A stretch of 64,000 nucleotides of DNA from the human T2T-CHM13v2.0 reference genome, Homo sapiens. Where the stretch lies: the NCBI RefSeq assembly GCF_009914755.1, contig NC_060925.1. One strand, given 5' to 3'. A model generated the notes under the pieces. The model was not told the DNA's origin and ran no database searches. It saw only the letters and a list, made by a program, of their open reading frames with translations. A program made the translations under genes and the position numbers. This document shows positions 62,681 to 64,000 of this stretch, one piece after another. Position 1 is the first letter of the stretch. Every line of letters begins with the position of its first letter.

Positions 62681-63084
62681 CTACACAAAGACAAACACAG
62701 ACTGTCAGCCCCTGGTAAGGAGGAGGTGTGGGGAGGGTGGAGACCCAGAATAGCAACTGTTTCAGGCAAAGGCAGAAAATGCAACCTCAGTATCATGCAG
62801 TTTTGAAGACACTGGAGAGGGTTTTCCGGAAAAAATAATAATAATTCTTCCCATCGGGTAACCCCTCCTTTGAGCAGGAGGCTATCAGAGGTGCAGGTTA
62901 AACTCCAGGCAAAAGTCTGATTGGGAGCCTGAAAATGGTTGGTCCAAGTGGACAGTCCCTGAAGCCTTCAATAAGTCTTAAGAGCTGTAAAAATGATCAA
63001 ACAGACATGACGAGCCTTATGTGCAATATGACATCCACAGTTCCTGCCTAAAAATTGAACCTGAATCCAGTCAAGCTTCTAGCC

Positions 63085-63280
63085 AGAGCTATCTAATATG
63101 GTAGCCACTAGCTATTTGTGCCTATTTAAATTTAAATTTTATTAATTAAAATAAAATCAAATTTAAAATTAAGCTCCTCAGCCATAGTAGCCATATATCA
63201 AGTGCTCAGTAGCCATATGTGACTACAGTATGGCACAGTGTTAATACAGATACTTTCATCATTGAAGAAGGCACTGCTAG
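63085..63280. mobile_element. MER3/MER33-like DNA transposon
   Basis: 'aatatggtagccactagctatttgtg..tttaaatttaaatt..caagtgctcagtagccatatgtg'. Confidence 0.65.
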
Positions 63281-63624
63281 TCAGCCCTGATTACCTATAC
63301 AAGAAACACTGAGAACAGGAGAGCAAGTTATATGAAACCAGCAGGAAGCAATCAACCACAGCTAGAATATGGGACAGCTACAGGACAAATGACCCATTTC
63401 TCTAACAAACCAATAGGATTGAACAAAAAATGATGGAAGCTGTTATAAAACAAGTTAGGCTTAACAGACCTAACAGCAAAATGGGGGATTTGGCTGGGAT
63501 CCTAATTTCGCACATAGACCACATCATGACATCTTTGAAACAATTAAGAAATGTTTAAGATGGCCTGGATATTAGAAGAAATTAAAGAATTACAGTTAAT
63601 TTTCTCAGGTATGATAACAGTATG

Positions 63625-63992
63625 TGTCTTAGTTCATTTTGTGTTGCTATACCAGAATACCATGGATTGGATAACCTATAAAGAGAATAAATTTATTATT
63701 TACAGTACTAGAGTCTGCAAAGTACAACATCAAAGTGCCAGCCTCTGGTGAAGACTTTCTTCTGCATCATCCCACGGCAGAAGGGCAAGAGAGGGTGAGA
63801 GCAAGTGAGGGAAAGAGGGGCCCAGACTCCTTTTTATCAGGAACCCACCTCCACATTCATGACATCAATGCATTCACAAGGGCGGAGTCCTCACAGCCTA
63901 ATCACTTCTGAATGGTCCCACCTCTTAATACCATCACGGTGGCAATTAAGTTTCAACATTAGTTTTGGAGGGAATATTCAAACCATAGCAAT
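63625..63992 (-). mobile_element. MaLR LTR (MST/MLT1A-like)
   Basis: tgtcttagttcattttgtgttgctata ... attcaaaccatagca. Confidence 0.75.
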
Positions 63993-64000
63993 ATGATAGT

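Overview
Primate (human-like) genomic DNA, repeat-dense, recognisable as the LYPD8 neighbourhood (established location: distal chr1q44). The right end holds the last three coding exons of LYPD8 on the minus strand (62680-62516, 59537-59400, 54107-53869); the 5' exons lie beyond the window. Its introns carry four minisatellites. The largest (31 bp, ~55 units) is a tandem amplification of the exon end plus the 5' splice donor itself. A single-copy pre-expansion duplicate of the same segment sits about 2 kb away. The left part has a CpG-island promoter and a three-coding-exon Ly6/uPAR paralog on the plus strand (LYPD9P-like) with a last-exon nonsense codon. The middle (~14-50 kb) is nested L1/ERV/Alu/hAT elements plus a 5'-truncated AHCY processed pseudogene. 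Most ORF-track entries are repeat artefacts. Repeat subfamily names come from recalled consensus sequences and are provisional.
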